DNA of 64,000 nucleotides, from the NCBI GenBank assembly GCA_009859145.1, contig VRVR01000044.1:124001-188000 (forward strand), in the 5' to 3' direction. A model generated the notes under the pieces. The model did no database searches. It was not told the origin of the DNA and saw only the letters and a program-made list of their open reading frames with translations. This DNA comes from Andalucia godoyi And28. Taxonomy: Eukaryota; Protista; Jakobida. Below are positions 41,528 through 53,148 of this stretch, in pieces. The translations under genes were made by a program, and so were the position numbers. Position 1 is the stretch's first letter; each line of letters starts with the position of its first letter.

Positions 41528-42760
41528 TTACTGGGGAAGGGTTCGCAGTTGCTTAGGCGGAGGAACTGCGATGGACAATACAAGGACTGCCAGCCTGAGC
41601 GTCTGAAACACCGCAGTTGCCCACAGAAGCGACGATGCGTCGGCAAACAGTACAAACTCGTTTGCGAGCAGCACGACGTAAAGCCAGATGCCAGGATCAT
41701 TGAGAGACGCAATCCGCAGCCGAAGTTGCGAGTACAGCATGACGGTTCCTGCAACGAGTGACTGGACAAACAAACGCGGATGATCATCCATGGCAATCAC
41801 GGAGACGAGCCCCACGGAAACAAATGAGAGAAGGTACAGCCCAAGTAGCGCAGGAACCTTGTAATAGGCAACGGGCACCCTTTTGAACAGAATGGGATAC
41901 AAAACGAGGCTGATGCAGACGTATGGCACGTAAACTGCGCGCACGATGCACTCGTGCAGTGGCACTCCAAGAGAAAAGAACCACTCATGCTTCCAATTTG
42001 CTGGACCTGCAAGAGCTGAGAAAAAGTGAATCAAAGAAAACGCATAGTGTTGATTTGTCGGTGCAATCGCGTGTATCAGAAGCGAGAGCACTGGGAACCA
42101 CACCAGCTCAAACACCTTTCCCATACTCATTGCGGAGCAGAGAGCGATGGCAGAGAGACCAACGGCGGCGGTATGTTGGATGACGAAGAAATGAACATAC
42201 TTTCGGAGTGGCGAAGCATACCAGGCGTCTTCTAGCACCGCACACAGCAGCTCGAAGCACGCACACAGCAGGCACGCGAATCGGGAAGCAGGCAGCTCGA
42301 AGTACCCAAACCGCGGTGCCGCGACTGCCATGACGAGAAACGACAGCAGCGACGAAAAGAGAATCAGATGCGATAGCGCCGTGGTCGGCATCTTCGACAG
42401 CCGCCGTGACTCAAACAAGCGGAATGCTCGTTGCTTGGACAAGAGTGGAAAAGACCCGTCAAAAGAAAAAGAAAAAGAAGACGAAGAAGATAATGAAGAC
42501 GACGACGACGACGACGACGGTCCACCTGCTGTAGGTCCACCACCTGGTGTCGTAGGACTACAGCTGGCGGAAGTGGAGGTGGAGTTCATCATCATCATCA
42601 TTGCATTCGTGGTGACCGTGGAGCCGCGCAGGGAGAAGCCGCTGTCGTCCGCGTCGTCGTGGTCGTCGCCAAGAATCGACATTGACATTGGCGCATAGCT
42701 CGGTCGGACATGATGCACAGGAACCATAGCATCAAGCGCAGCCTGGATGAACCCCACCAT
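41528..42760 (-). CDS. Polytopic membrane protein with a low-complexity N-terminus
   Basis: The ORF has about nine hydrophobic segments after a Ser/Asp-rich leader. The start was placed at MVGFIQ; family not recognised. Confidence 0.65.
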   Translation of the reverse strand: MVGFIQAALDAMVPVHHVRPSYAPMSMSILGDDHDDADDSGFSLRGSTVTTNAMMMMMNSTSTSASCSPTTPGGGPTAGGPSSSSSSSSLSSSSSFSFSFDGSFPLLSKQRAFRLFESRRLSKMPTTALSHLILFSSLLSFLVMAVAAPRFGYFELPASRFACLLCACFELLCAVLEDAWYASPLRKYVHFFVIQHTAAVGLSAIALCSAMSMGKVFELVWFPVLSLLIHAIAPTNQHYAFSLIHFFSALAGPANWKHEWFFSLGVPLHECIVRAVYVPYVCISLVLYPILFKRVPVAYYKVPALLGLYLLSFVSVGLVSVIAMDDHPRLFVQSLVAGTVMLYSQLRLRIASLNDPGIWLYVVLLANEFVLFADASSLLWATAVFQTLRLAVLVLSIAVPPPKQLRTLPQ

Positions 42761-43154
42761 TATGACTCTTCGTTTCTTCCACAGACTGGGTTTTCCATGG
42801 GTCACACTGCCGATATTGCCCTCTCGATACTGCGAAACGACACCCGTTTTCAACAACTTTGCAAATTCAAATTTCAATAAATTACATTCAAATAAAAAAT
42901 AAAAAATAGGATTCAAATTGTTTTTTTAAAGAGAAAAATAGATGCTGTTCTTCGATCGGGAATGTCAATTCTGAAAACTGCCCCAGGCGATTTTCCAAAA
43001 AAGAGAGACGCTTAGCGTGCATCGTCTAGCGTGCATGGAAGGCATGGACAAACTACTGTCGAATCGGTCGATAACCGCAGAACGAAACGGAATACTGTGC
43101 GGAGCACACAAATAATCACGCAAGTCACGCACGGTGTTTGGGAGGGGAGACGAG

Positions 43155-44086
43155 ATGGTGGATGCATTGTGGTTTCATGATGCGCTGTACAATGTCTGGC
43201 TGCTGAGCGCAATTATCACCTTTCCAATCTTGTTTTTCGTAACGGCTCCTTACGGGAAGTTCCACCGAACCAGTACGGTCTCTCTCTCTTTTTCTCTCTT
43301 TCTCTCTTTCTTTCTTTCTCCTAACGACACTGTCGTTTCATTTTACGATTATTATCTATTTTTTTTTTAAAATGAAAATTAAAATGGATGTTCTTATTAC
43401 CACTGCCGGCGTTGCTTTGGTGTTGTTGTGGAATAGATTTTGGACGGACGATGCACGGCGGACTGGGATGGTTTATCCAGGAGATTCCGTCGCCGGTCGT
43501 AGTCGATCTGTGCTATTGCTGGTGGGCGACCGCTGCTACGACGGGCAGCTTGTGGACCCCAGCGACGGCGTGTCTGGCGTTCTGGAACGTGCACTACCTG
43601 CACAGAGCGGTTATCTGGCCGTTGCGCAGGAAAGTTGGTCCTACAACGCTCTCGGTGGTGGGCGCTGCCGTTGGGTTCAATCTTGTGAACGGCTATCTTA
43701 ACGGCTGGGACCTGGCGAGAGGTGCGGTTCCGCAAAGATGGGACATGGTGTATCTTGGACTGCCAGTTGCGTTCTTGGGAATGCTTTTGAATATTCAGGC
43801 CGATGAGATCCTTGCTGGCCTGCGGAAACCCGGCGAGTCCGGATACAAGATTCCGTACGGCGGGGCGTTTTCGCTCGTTTCCTCTGCAAACTACTTTGGA
43901 GAGCTGCTTGAGTGGACTGGCTATGCAATTGCAACGGGATTTGCACCCGGCGCGGTGGCATTTGTCATTTGGACGGCTGCAAACCTTGTGCCGCGTGCAT
44001 GGACCACACACAAGTGGTACCTGGACAAGTTCAAGAGTGACTACGCCAAACTGAACCGAAAGGCGATCATTCCATACGTTTTCTGA
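43155..44086 (+). CDS. SRD5A: 3-oxo-5-alpha-steroid 4-dehydrogenase (SRD5A1/DET2-like); exon 1 43155-43272, intron 43273-43436, exon 2 43437-44086
   Basis: APYGKF, GWFIQEIPS, HYLHRAVIWP, GFNLVNGYLNG, NIQADEILAGLRKPGESGYKIPYGGAFSLVSSANYFGELLEWTG, THKWYLDKF motifs; the GTACGG...TAG splice restores the frame. Confidence 0.92.
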
Positions 44087-44320
44087 TGCAGTGCGCACTC
44101 TTTGACTGCGTATGTGGACGTCCGGGTTGTTTTTTGCTTGTTTTTGTTGCTGTACTGTGTTCTACGTTGTTGATCATCATTTCTTTCTTCTTTCTTCTTT
44201 CTTCTTTCTTCTTTCTACTTCTTCTTCTTTTGGTTTTGATGTTGGATTAAAAAGGGCCATTATTTTTCATGAGTACTTGGTACAGGGCTATTTCGCCCGC
44301 AATACACACATGTGCGGGGT

Positions 44321-46144
44321 CTAGAAGGGCGCAGATGGATAGTACAAAGTCCGAGAGCGGCGTGCCTTAACCGGTTTTCCATCGAGGGGATCTGGGAAAT
44401 GGAAGTCCCCTGATGTCGAAAAGATTCGAGGAATGCGACCCAAAGTGGCGACCGGCTCCCCGCTTTTGATCTGGTTGAGAATCTCGACAGCGTCCAGTAA
44501 TTCTCCTACCGACGGTCGAAACACAGGAAACTGCGGGAACAGAATCTGGCTGTCCGTCTTCCTGACAATCATTTCGTCGAATCCCGGATCGTCAAGGATG
44601 CTGGATACCAGGGAGGGCACTGCTTCCGTTTGCCCATCCAGAAGCCCGGCGCCGCCCATGTATACTGGAGAAGAGTGATCATCGAAGAGCCACGAAGAAC
44701 TAATGAGGGACGCTGTCGAGTCGACTGGCTCTGCTTCGATGGGCATGATTTTGAATCGGTCCGGGGATTCCAGAGGGATCGGAACTTCTGCATCCGATGT
44801 GTCTCCGTCGTCATCGTCATCGTTACGACCACCACGACCGCCAGCGCCATCATCATCCGTTAGCATTGTCGGAAGCTGCGTGGCTCGGATTTGTTTTTCC
44901 TCGGCGAGCAACAGGTGTTTTGCGAACAAGTCTTCCACGAGTTTTTCCTGGCGCTGGATAATCGTGTTTTTTCGCAGCTCTCCGTCTCTGCCATAGTCTG
45001 CATCTTGCGAAGCAGACAAAAAATGCGCATCTGCAAACGCTGATTCGTACAGTGCTGATTCCTTCTGGCTGTTCAGAATCGGCAGTGCGTAGTGGATATC
45101 TGCTGTATTTCCATCGTTTCCCTCTGCGTCCATTCCGTTTTCCAGCTCGGCGTAGGAGGACGGGGCATTCGTGAGCGCGCGGTCCCTGTTCATGTAGTTT
45201 TCACCAACTGTTCGGCATGAGAATGCTTCCAGTCGCATGTATCGCGCTTGATAATCGAGCAGGTCGTCTTTGAAATCACGGAAGACTGGATGGTTGCACA
45301 CATCGTCATTAATTCCGAAAAAGTTCGACTTGTTGGAGAGGATGCGATCTGCAATATCCATGGGCAGGTACTGAATAACGTTGTAGAGATAGTTTGCGAG
45401 TTCCGATCGCCGGGCCTTCATGAATCGCCACCCGTACCGAACGTGGTAGTACAGAACGGGCCGATTCCATTCTTTGGACAACTCGATTGCAATCTGCTTC
45501 CACTGGAGACCATGCTTCAGGATCTTGCGAGCAATGTCGACCAGTTCCGCCATCGACAGCATCTTGTTGGGTCGTCGCGGATCAATCATCGGTCTGACAG
45601 CACTCAGTTTGTGCCAGTATTCAATACACTCCGACAGCGACCGCGTTGCGACATGCACTGAAATCCTGTACATGTCGATCGGTCCGTGCAGGTACATCGC
45701 ATCCAAGAATCGCTCGTGTTCCGCTGGTGAAAATGGACTCAGAGACGTCGCTTCCCCGCGTTCGCTCTGCTCGTCATCCGAGTCGACATCTTCAAACCTC
45801 TTCTCAACATGAGCATCCTTTCTTGCAGATGCCTCTCCGTCTTTTATGCGCTGTTCCTGCTCCCGCTCTTGCCGCCCCTGCTGTTTCTGCTTTTGGTCCA
45901 TTCGCTGTTCGCTGTAGACGAACCCTGCGCACCTCCATGGTTCCTCCTTGGAGCCTCCTGATTCGTGATTCCGTATTACCTGCGCACCGACCAGCTTCAC
46001 CCTTTTTGATACTTCAGCATGATAAGACGGACTCATCGCATCGAGTCGTGCTCGTTTCCTCATCTGAAACGGCTTCTTTTCAGATGGCGACATTGACTTT
46101 TTTGTATTGTCATTTCCTGCCAATGAACGAGAGCGATCATTCAT
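44321..46144 (-). CDS. SANT/Myb-domain protein 1
   Basis: FSPAEHERFLDAMYLHGPIDMYRISVHVATRSLSECIEYW is a SANT repeat; a second degenerate repeat is present (KILKHGLQWKQIA). The start was placed at MNDRSR. Confidence 0.75.
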   Translation of the reverse strand: MNDRSRSLAGNDNTKKSMSPSEKKPFQMRKRARLDAMSPSYHAEVSKRVKLVGAQVIRNHESGGSKEEPWRCAGFVYSEQRMDQKQKQQGRQEREQEQRIKDGEASARKDAHVEKRFEDVDSDDEQSERGEATSLSPFSPAEHERFLDAMYLHGPIDMYRISVHVATRSLSECIEYWHKLSAVRPMIDPRRPNKMLSMAELVDIARKILKHGLQWKQIAIELSKEWNRPVLYYHVRYGWRFMKARRSELANYLYNVIQYLPMDIADRILSNKSNFFGINDDVCNHPVFRDFKDDLLDYQARYMRLEAFSCRTVGENYMNRDRALTNAPSSYAELENGMDAEGNDGNTADIHYALPILNSQKESALYESAFADAHFLSASQDADYGRDGELRKNTIIQRQEKLVEDLFAKHLLLAEEKQIRATQLPTMLTDDDGAGGRGGRNDDDDDGDTSDAEVPIPLESPDRFKIMPIEAEPVDSTASLISSSWLFDDHSSPVYMGGAGLLDGQTEAVPSLVSSILDDPGFDEMIVRKTDSQILFPQFPVFRPSVGELLDAVEILNQIKSGEPVATLGRIPRIFSTSGDFHFPDPLDGKPVKARRSRTLYYPSAPF

Positions 46145-46449
46145 GTTTGACGACCACATGCATAAATTCAAAAAAATAATAAGAAGGATAATTAAAAACA
46201 AAAATCAAAAATCAAAAACAAAAAAGAGAAAATTCAGGGACATTTGAAGTTAAGAAAAATACTCACGTTTCTTTCTCTTTGTGCATTCTGCGCTTTCCGA
46301 AACATACTGTATGAGCAGATTTCCCGGGTGATGCCTAAAAAGGAAATTCTGTGGGCGGGGTGCAGAATGCAGGAGATTTGTTGATGATTTCAAGAAATAC
46401 AACGAAACGGAAGAAATATTTATTTAAATTATAAAACGAATGCAATAAC

Positions 46450-46535
46450 AAACAAAAAAGAAGAGAAGAGAACAGAAGAGATGAGAAGAGAGAAGAACAG
46501 AAGAGAACAGAAGAGAACAGAAGAGAACAGAAAAG
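46450..46535 (+). repeat. AGAAGAGAAC-type minisatellite
   Basis: About eight imperfect 10-mer units in the gap between Myb genes 1 and 2. Confidence 0.8.
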
Positions 46536-46679
46536 TAAGCACATCCATCGCCGATGGCAAAGACGGTGACATCCTATACATTATGAATTACCCAAGATCC
46601 CACAAACAGGAAGAATAAAGTAAAATTAATAATAAAAAAAGAAAAAAAGCTGCTGTTGCAGATGAAAGAAGAGATCGGG

Positions 46680-48110
46680 CTACGACGCTTCTGCCAAGTT
46701 TTCAAAAGACCGGGCGGAAACTAGTAGACTTGTGATGTTTGCGGCTCTTTTCGAGGACGCTTCGGCATGTTCAGGTGTGTGGACGGAGAGCCAGGTGTGA
46801 GCGGAATGATCCGAGTCGGTGGAGTCTTCGCATGATGCAACAGTGTCATCCGGGAGTGGACTGTGACCAGCAGACGATCCCGAAGCATGCACTTCTGGGA
46901 GACCGGCTCCGGAGAAGGAAGAAGGATAAGGGTAAGAGTAAGAGAAAGGACTGAGCAAAAGAGGATGCGATGTTCGAAGCAGATTTGAAATGGAGAATCG
47001 TTCCGGATACATTTCCTCTGGACAAGCGTACAACTCGTGGTCACTCGCTGTGAGCGTCGAAAGTGACGCATCTCCAGCGACCGACACCGCCGCTGCAGAC
47101 TTTTCTTCGACATTGACGACAACCTCTGTGGTCTTGGTGCTGATGTGCTCAATTGGTCGCTTCCTGGATTTTCTCTTTCGCTGCCCCGCACCGAGTTGAG
47201 AGTCCGAGTCGGAGGACGACTGGTTCAGCAAAACATATTCGGATCCTGTAGCCAAAAAGTCAGCTTCTGTAATTGCTGTTTCTGAGGTCCGAGATAACAC
47301 TTGGCGAGAATGCACGTTTGCTGCAGCATCAGCATCAGCATCGGCATCAGCATCGGCGGAAGAAGAGGAGCCTGGAGACGGTGAAAGTTCGCTTTGTTCC
47401 GCGGTCTTTGCCTTTTTGTGCTTGCTCTTGGAAAGCAAACCGACGTCTGTCCGAGGCTTCATAGCCAAATTGACCATCCCAAAGACGCACGATGGTGTTG
47501 CAAGGACGCGAATTGCCTGTTCCTTCTCCATCATGGTGACCACTTGGAAGAGCCATGAGCGGACCTCCGTGCGCTGACCGCAAACAAGTTTCCACGAATA
47601 CCTGCACTCATGTACCGAGATCTGCTCTTCGCCGTCCTGCTGCTGCTGTGTGACACCTTTCGTTGCGGTTGCGTTTGTTGTTGCTTGTATGCATGAGCAG
47701 GTATGTTTGGAGACATGGTCCCAGAAGGCTTCGATCCATTCGTTGTGGCCCCTCCGACCGGCCTCCATCTCTGTATACTCCCAGAGCGCGTATTCTTTGC
47801 CTTCCATCACAACGGCAAGCGCCACCCGACGAAGGATATCCGGCCGGAAGTTGCGTGCTTCCATGTCGTCCAGCATCTGAACCCAGCGTGCACAGCATGC
47901 AAACGCAGGTTTAGGCCGGCGACACTGTACTTTGATCTGCTTGCTGACATCTGCCCACACTTTCGCATCCTGGGTCCCCGTACGCTGAACACAGCGGATC
48001 AAAATGTCGTCTTCCTCGGACGTCCAGCAGGATGTGGGGTTAGTGGCAGAAGCCGCTCGTTGCTTCTTCAGCGGCTTTCCAGGTCCTGTCGAGTTTTCAG
48101 TTGGCCACAC
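46680..48110 (-). CDS. Myb-domain protein 2
   Basis: WTSEEDDILIRCVQRTG...WADVSKQI...ACCARW is a Myb repeat; a degenerate second repeat and a basic NLS-like QRKRKSRKR are present. Confidence 0.75.
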   Translation of the reverse strand: MWPTENSTGPGKPLKKQRAASATNPTSCWTSEEDDILIRCVQRTGTQDAKVWADVSKQIKVQCRRPKPAFACCARWVQMLDDMEARNFRPDILRRVALAVVMEGKEYALWEYTEMEAGRRGHNEWIEAFWDHVSKHTCSCIQATTNATATKGVTQQQQDGEEQISVHECRYSWKLVCGQRTEVRSWLFQVVTMMEKEQAIRVLATPSCVFGMVNLAMKPRTDVGLLSKSKHKKAKTAEQSELSPSPGSSSSADADADADADAAANVHSRQVLSRTSETAITEADFLATGSEYVLLNQSSSDSDSQLGAGQRKRKSRKRPIEHISTKTTEVVVNVEEKSAAAVSVAGDASLSTLTASDHELYACPEEMYPERFSISNLLRTSHPLLLSPFSYSYPYPSSFSGAGLPEVHASGSSAGHSPLPDDTVASCEDSTDSDHSAHTWLSVHTPEHAEASSKRAANITSLLVSARSFENLAEAS

Positions 48111-48916
48111 ATAATATAAGTCATCGCACTGATCTCAGCTGCAGAAGCAACAGATAATGCTGGGAGACACCGGGGGAGGTGGGTGTGGGGGAAGAAAGAA
48201 AAAAGAAAAGAAAAGAGAGACATACTTGTTGACGAGTACAATACAGCAGACATCTTCTCCGGCAGTGAAGAAAGGATTAATACTGTTCGACGGAACGCGG
48301 ATACTAGTAATGTGATGAAGACAAAAGGATTTTGTGCAGCTATAAATTCTGCGCAAGAAACGACGATTAAAGAAAAGGGGGGGGGGGGGAGGGGAATGTG
48401 GGAGATGAAAAAAATATGCATAAAACAAAAACAAAAACAGAACAAAACCAAAAAGAAGACGACGACGAAGCAGAAATCGAGGAAGAAAATCGAAAGAGAG
48501 ACAAACGAAATTTCACAATCCGTGGTTTGTTGCTCTCAACGAAACTAACGTCACTGGATCACTTGCTTTTTGCGGGCTTCGGGGGCGCGTTGATGTTGGC
48601 GCAATTATGTGTGGTGGCAATCTGAAAAGTCCGTGACTTTCCTTTTGCGGATTTTTTTTCTCCCTTTCTCAGAATCTCCGACTTGTCAGAGCAGTCAGAG
48701 CAAAATGTGAGATTCTGCAAAAAGTCGTGTCTCCTACCCTGGTAGGGAGTGTGTGATGTGTTTTCTCCTTAAAAATAATGCGCGTGCTATCACTGACGTC
48801 TTTTGTCCAGCTGTTCTCTCTCCTTCTCTTTTCGTCTTTCATCTTGCTCGTTCTTTTTTAAATTTTTTTGTGCAACAACAGAAACGGAGCTACGAAGAGA
48901 AGGACACCGCCGGAAA

Positions 48917-50242
48917 ATGATGGCTCATCCAAACCCGTCCAAACCCGCTTCGTCTCCATTCTCGCTTTCTCACTCCTTGCTCTCACAGCGGGCATCACCA
49001 ATGCCTATGCTCCAATCACAGTCGTCCCCGAAAACTCCAATTCCATCTCCAAATTCCGCATTTCACCCACTGCACGCCCTCGAGTGCATCTCCAGTTTTG
49101 CAGAATGCACTTCCCTTCCCTGCTACCCAACCTGGGTCGCGTTCTCATCCAACAACAGTATCTGCATTTCACAAACTTCTGATAATTTACAGGCTCCTTC
49201 AAGTCCTCCTAGGCCGGACAACCGCCTGTCTAGCTTGTCGCCGCTCGGTACCGACATATCATGTTCGCCGTCTTCGACCGTTTTGCAGGAAGGCTCCAGG
49301 CGATTCTGGGCCCCGGATGACGACGCAATGCTCGTTGCCCTTGCATCCACCTACGGCGACTCTTCTCCGAAATGGAAAGCCATCGCCAACCAGCTGAATC
49401 GAGGGTTTTCTGCTGCGAGCTGCTTTCAGCGTTTTCACCGAGTGCTGAAAGTCCGCGCCGTGCAGTTCAAACAATTCTCCCAGCGTCAGGAACGACATGT
49501 GCAAGAAATCAGCAGCACAGATGCTGTGCAGCGCAGAGAAGATCGTTCGGCTGTCTGCGATGAACGCCGGGAAGGAACGGATCCAAAAATGGAGGTGTTG
49601 CTGCTGGTAAAAGGGGTGATTGATCACGGACCCAGATGGGCATTCTTTGCTCGAAACTGGTTCTATCCACGAACCGATTCCCAGTGTCATGGAATGTTCC
49701 AGCGTTTCGTGTCGCGCTCTCCGACGAGACGTGACTTCTCAGAGGTTGCTCGCCCGTCCCGTGACCGGAAGGATTTCGAATTTGAAACGCTTCAAAAAAA
49801 CATTCAGCAATGGTGGCGCGTCAAGAATGAAGGAGAGAATACCTATGACCAAGCCGCAGCAGCAGTAGTGGAGGGGACGGCAGCCACCGCGCAGCAGCGG
49901 AGAACGACGAGGCACCGAAGTGCACTGCTGGTACAACCACGGTTTTCAGATGCGGATATCCGACTGCAGATCGATGAGTTCATGGGAAGGTGGAAAGTAG
50001 AGGTGCCGGAATCAAGCGAAAAGGATGTCGGATCAGCTTCACTGGACGACATCCTCAAGGTTGTTCCTGATGCAGTGCCGTACATAAAGGAATTCGAGCA
50101 GCAGAAGAACCTGGAGAAGACTGCGACTGCTATTGACCAACCAGATCGCACTCCACGCAGTCGAAAACGAGTCAGATCTGAAGATGCTCCAGAACGACGG
50201 TTCACCGCAGCTAGTCGGTCTCCGTCTCCCAAAACACCTTGA
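48917..50242 (+). CDS. R2R3-like Myb protein 3
   Basis: WAPDDDAMLVAL..YG...WKAIANQLNRGFSAASCFQRFHRVL, followed by LLVKGVIDHGPRWAFFARNWFYPRTDSQC, with an insertion inside the second repeat. Confidence 0.8.
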   Translation: MMAHPNPSKPASSPFSLSHSLLSQRASPMPMLQSQSSPKTPIPSPNSAFHPLHALECISSFAECTSLPCYPTWVAFSSNNSICISQTSDNLQAPSSPPRPDNRLSSLSPLGTDISCSPSSTVLQEGSRRFWAPDDDAMLVALASTYGDSSPKWKAIANQLNRGFSAASCFQRFHRVLKVRAVQFKQFSQRQERHVQEISSTDAVQRREDRSAVCDERREGTDPKMEVLLLVKGVIDHGPRWAFFARNWFYPRTDSQCHGMFQRFVSRSPTRRDFSEVARPSRDRKDFEFETLQKNIQQWWRVKNEGENTYDQAAAAVVEGTAATAQQRRTTRHRSALLVQPRFSDADIRLQIDEFMGRWKVEVPESSEKDVGSASLDDILKVVPDAVPYIKEFEQQKNLEKTATAIDQPDRTPRSRKRVRSEDAPERRFTAASRSPSPKTP

Positions 50243-50558
50243 AAAACGCACCGATTCGCTTTTGCTCGCAACAGTGTTTGCTTTGTGACACAGAGTTATG
50301 AAAAGCGTAAGAGCAAGCAAAACGTGGGAATTTCCACGAAAACACCACGCATTTTTTAATTAAATTTACACTACCTGCCATTTCTTTTTCAGTCTCTGCG
50401 CTGGGGTGGACTAGTTCCTCCCCCAGCCCAACAAGAAAGAAAAAGAAAAAGAAAACGAAAAAGAAAGGAGACACACTCATCATTCAAGAGAAGGGGTGGT
50501 GGAAAAGACGTAACAAAAAGCACCAAGTAGTATTCCTCTTTGTGTTTCAAAAGAGTGG

Positions 50559-51098
50559 ATGGAGGAAGAAGAGGGGACCCCTGAGCGGGTGAAGTATTTA
50601 ACGCCAGAGAACGTCGGGGCATTTTTGGAATGTCATGAGACGCTTGATGTTGAGGACGTAGCGGTGACGTTGGAAGAGGAAGGTGTGCAAGACGACATGT
50701 ACGTTTTTGGAGAGGAGGATTTTCAGTACTGCGAAGCCGGGACGGAAGGGTCGAGTTTGCTCAACGTGAGCAGTGAAACCCCAATGCTCACAGGGCATCA
50801 ACAAGACCTGATGATACTGGCCGTTCCGGATGTGCCACGGCACTGTGAAGATCGGTCTCCGCAATCCATCTTGGGAATGGAAGGTCTCACGGTTTGTGAT
50901 CTTTCGACGCGAGTGAATGATCTTGTGACTGTTCTGGTTTGGGAAGCCCAAAGCGTCGCGGAAGTGATGGCACGCGGCTCCGCATTAGGACTCCCTGGCC
51001 CGATTCTTGTCCGATCGATCCGTCTTTTGCGAGCTCTTGCTATGGTCACATCTGCCCCCATCAATTCTCTGCCTGTTTCCCAATCCGGCCATTCTTAG
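50559..51098 (+). CDS. Small acidic hypothetical protein
   Basis: 179-aa ATG ORF with coding-like composition between AT-rich spacers; no family recognised. Confidence 0.45.
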   Translation: MEEEEGTPERVKYLTPENVGAFLECHETLDVEDVAVTLEEEGVQDDMYVFGEEDFQYCEAGTEGSSLLNVSSETPMLTGHQQDLMILAVPDVPRHCEDRSPQSILGMEGLTVCDLSTRVNDLVTVLVWEAQSVAEVMARGSALGLPGPILVRSIRLLRALAMVTSAPINSLPVSQSGHS

Positions 51099-51631
51099 GA
51101 TCCATTGCGGAATCTTGTGACACTTTGCCCATACCGGGATTTGTTCACCCTTCTCTTACCCAGAATCGCCTGTCAGTTCATTCAACCAATTTGTTTTTTC
51201 ACCTTTTTTGAATTCCCTGCTTCTCGGGATCTCCGCCTCTTCGATTCTTTTTGCAAGAATCTTTTCTGTTCTAACTTCCATTATAGACAATTCCCGAAAG
51301 CCTGCCAACTCGCACACACATACACACACCCCTTCTCTTCCCCTTTCCTTTTGTGTTTTTTTTTCCCTTCTCCTTTTCATCCCTTTTGTCGTTTCCTCTC
51401 GACTGTCGTCGATCGATCTTGGGATATTATTTGAATCATTGGTATCATTTTATTTTACTTTGGCTTTTTTTAAAAAAAATAATTTCTGGCTGTGTGTGCT
51501 GGATTGGTTGGGACTTGGATTCTTAAGCACCGCTGTTGTGCCCATCATTCCCATCCACTTTCCTTTCTCATTCCCAGCTCCTGTCAATTTTTGTCTATTC
51601 TTTGTCGGAGCCCCGCCGATCCGCCGACGAT

Positions 51632-53148
51632 ATGCCCAATTCTAGCGAACCCAAAACTCAGATTCCGTATTTTCCGTCGCCATTTTCCCGTCTGTCTGTG
51701 ACCCCGTTTCCTTTTACGGCATTTCCATTCCCACGCCCCACTCTTTGGCCAATAACTGCCGCCGACGACTCGTCCATTTCGTCGACGTCATCATCATCAT
51801 CAAATTCTCACTCGCCTGTTTATACCTCGCTTCCTCGCCCTACGCTTCTGATGTCCCGTCCTCCTCCAAGCCTGACTCCAAGCCAAAGTCCAAGCCAAAG
51901 TCCCAATCTCAACCCAAGCTCGACCTCGAGCTCCACGCCAAGTTCCAGCTTAAACCCAAGTTCAGGCTTGCTTCCAAATGCCAACTATGGCGGCATGACT
52001 CACAACTGGCAGCTCTTCAACACACGCCAGCAACGGACCGTCAACAAGTGGTCACCTGTATGTATACTTTTTTGCTCCCTCTTTCTGAATCTGTTTTGTT
52101 TTTTGTTTTATTTGATTTGGTCTCTGAAGCAAAGTCAATCCTAATGACTGACGGCGAATTCCCTGTTTGTTTTTGTTGTTTTATGTTTGTTTAATTTCTC
52201 TTTTTCTTTCTTGTTGTTGTTGTTGTTGTTGTTTTGTTGCGAACTTTTTACGACGTTTAGGAAGATGATGAAAAGTTACTTCTTGCGATTTCCGAACATG
52301 GCTTGCGCTCGTGGACACGTGTGGCGTCTGCAGTGAGCGGCAAGACGGTGACGGCGTGTTATCAGCGATACCATCGGTCGCTACGCTCAGACATTCGAAA
52401 GGGTACGTTTGAGCCCGTCGAGCTGGTGCGACTTGCCGCTGCTGTTGTGCGCCATGGCCAGCGCTGGTGCGAGGTCGCCAAGGAGCTTCCGGGCCGCTGC
52501 GATGCCCAGTGCCGCATGCAATGGAATCGCATTTTGCGTGCTGCGGGATCGAGCGGCGGTGGAGCGACAGCGACGACAACAACCGCGACGGCGACGACGG
52601 TGTATGAGCTTGTTCAACTTGCGAGAATGGCGCGGGATTCTCGGCTGGAGGATCTTGAGAAGCTCGGCGAGGCATGCAAGGACTGCGGGTCATGGATGGA
52701 CGTTCGCATGCAAAGAAGGACAAAAGATACCTTAGGAAAGTTTTACTCTTTGCTGCGGACTGCAGATGCACTGCAGAATCGCTCGGGCAGCTCGGCATGT
52801 GCTGGGCTTTCAGTCTCGCAACTGGATGACTCGCGTGCCGTCGATGTCATGGATGACGCTGATGTTGACGCTGATGTTGACGTGGATGATGAAGACGGTG
52901 AAGACGAAGGACGAGATGAACAAGAGCTGCCGAGAAGTACATGCAGTAGTCGCGGCAGCAGTAGTCATCACCATTATCATCCACGTCCTGTGGGACATGA
53001 TCGACACCACCACGGACAACGCCACAGTGCCCTCATCACAGAAGAAGAAGACGAAGAGGTCGAAAGGGGGGAAAAAGGGAAGAGGCCAAGACAGGCCGCA
53101 GATTCCAAACTGTCGCTTCGATTCCTTATTAATGAGGATGACGAATAG
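51632..53148 (+). CDS. R2R3 Myb protein 4 (exon 1 51632-52057, intron 52058-52260, exon 2 52261-53148)
   Basis: Splicing GTATGT...TTTAG rebuilds KWSP|EDDEKLLLAISEHGLRSWTRVASAVSGKTVTACYQRYHRSLRSDIRKGTFEPVELVRLAAAVVRHGQRWCEVAKELPGRCDAQCRMQWNRIL. Confidence 0.9.

Noticed and set aside
43397-44098. 233-aa antisense ORF over SRD5A, and similar long antisense ORFs elsewhere (62506-63471, 60014-60727, 29210-30097)
   Set aside because: They lie wholly opposite well-supported genes and show no family motifs.
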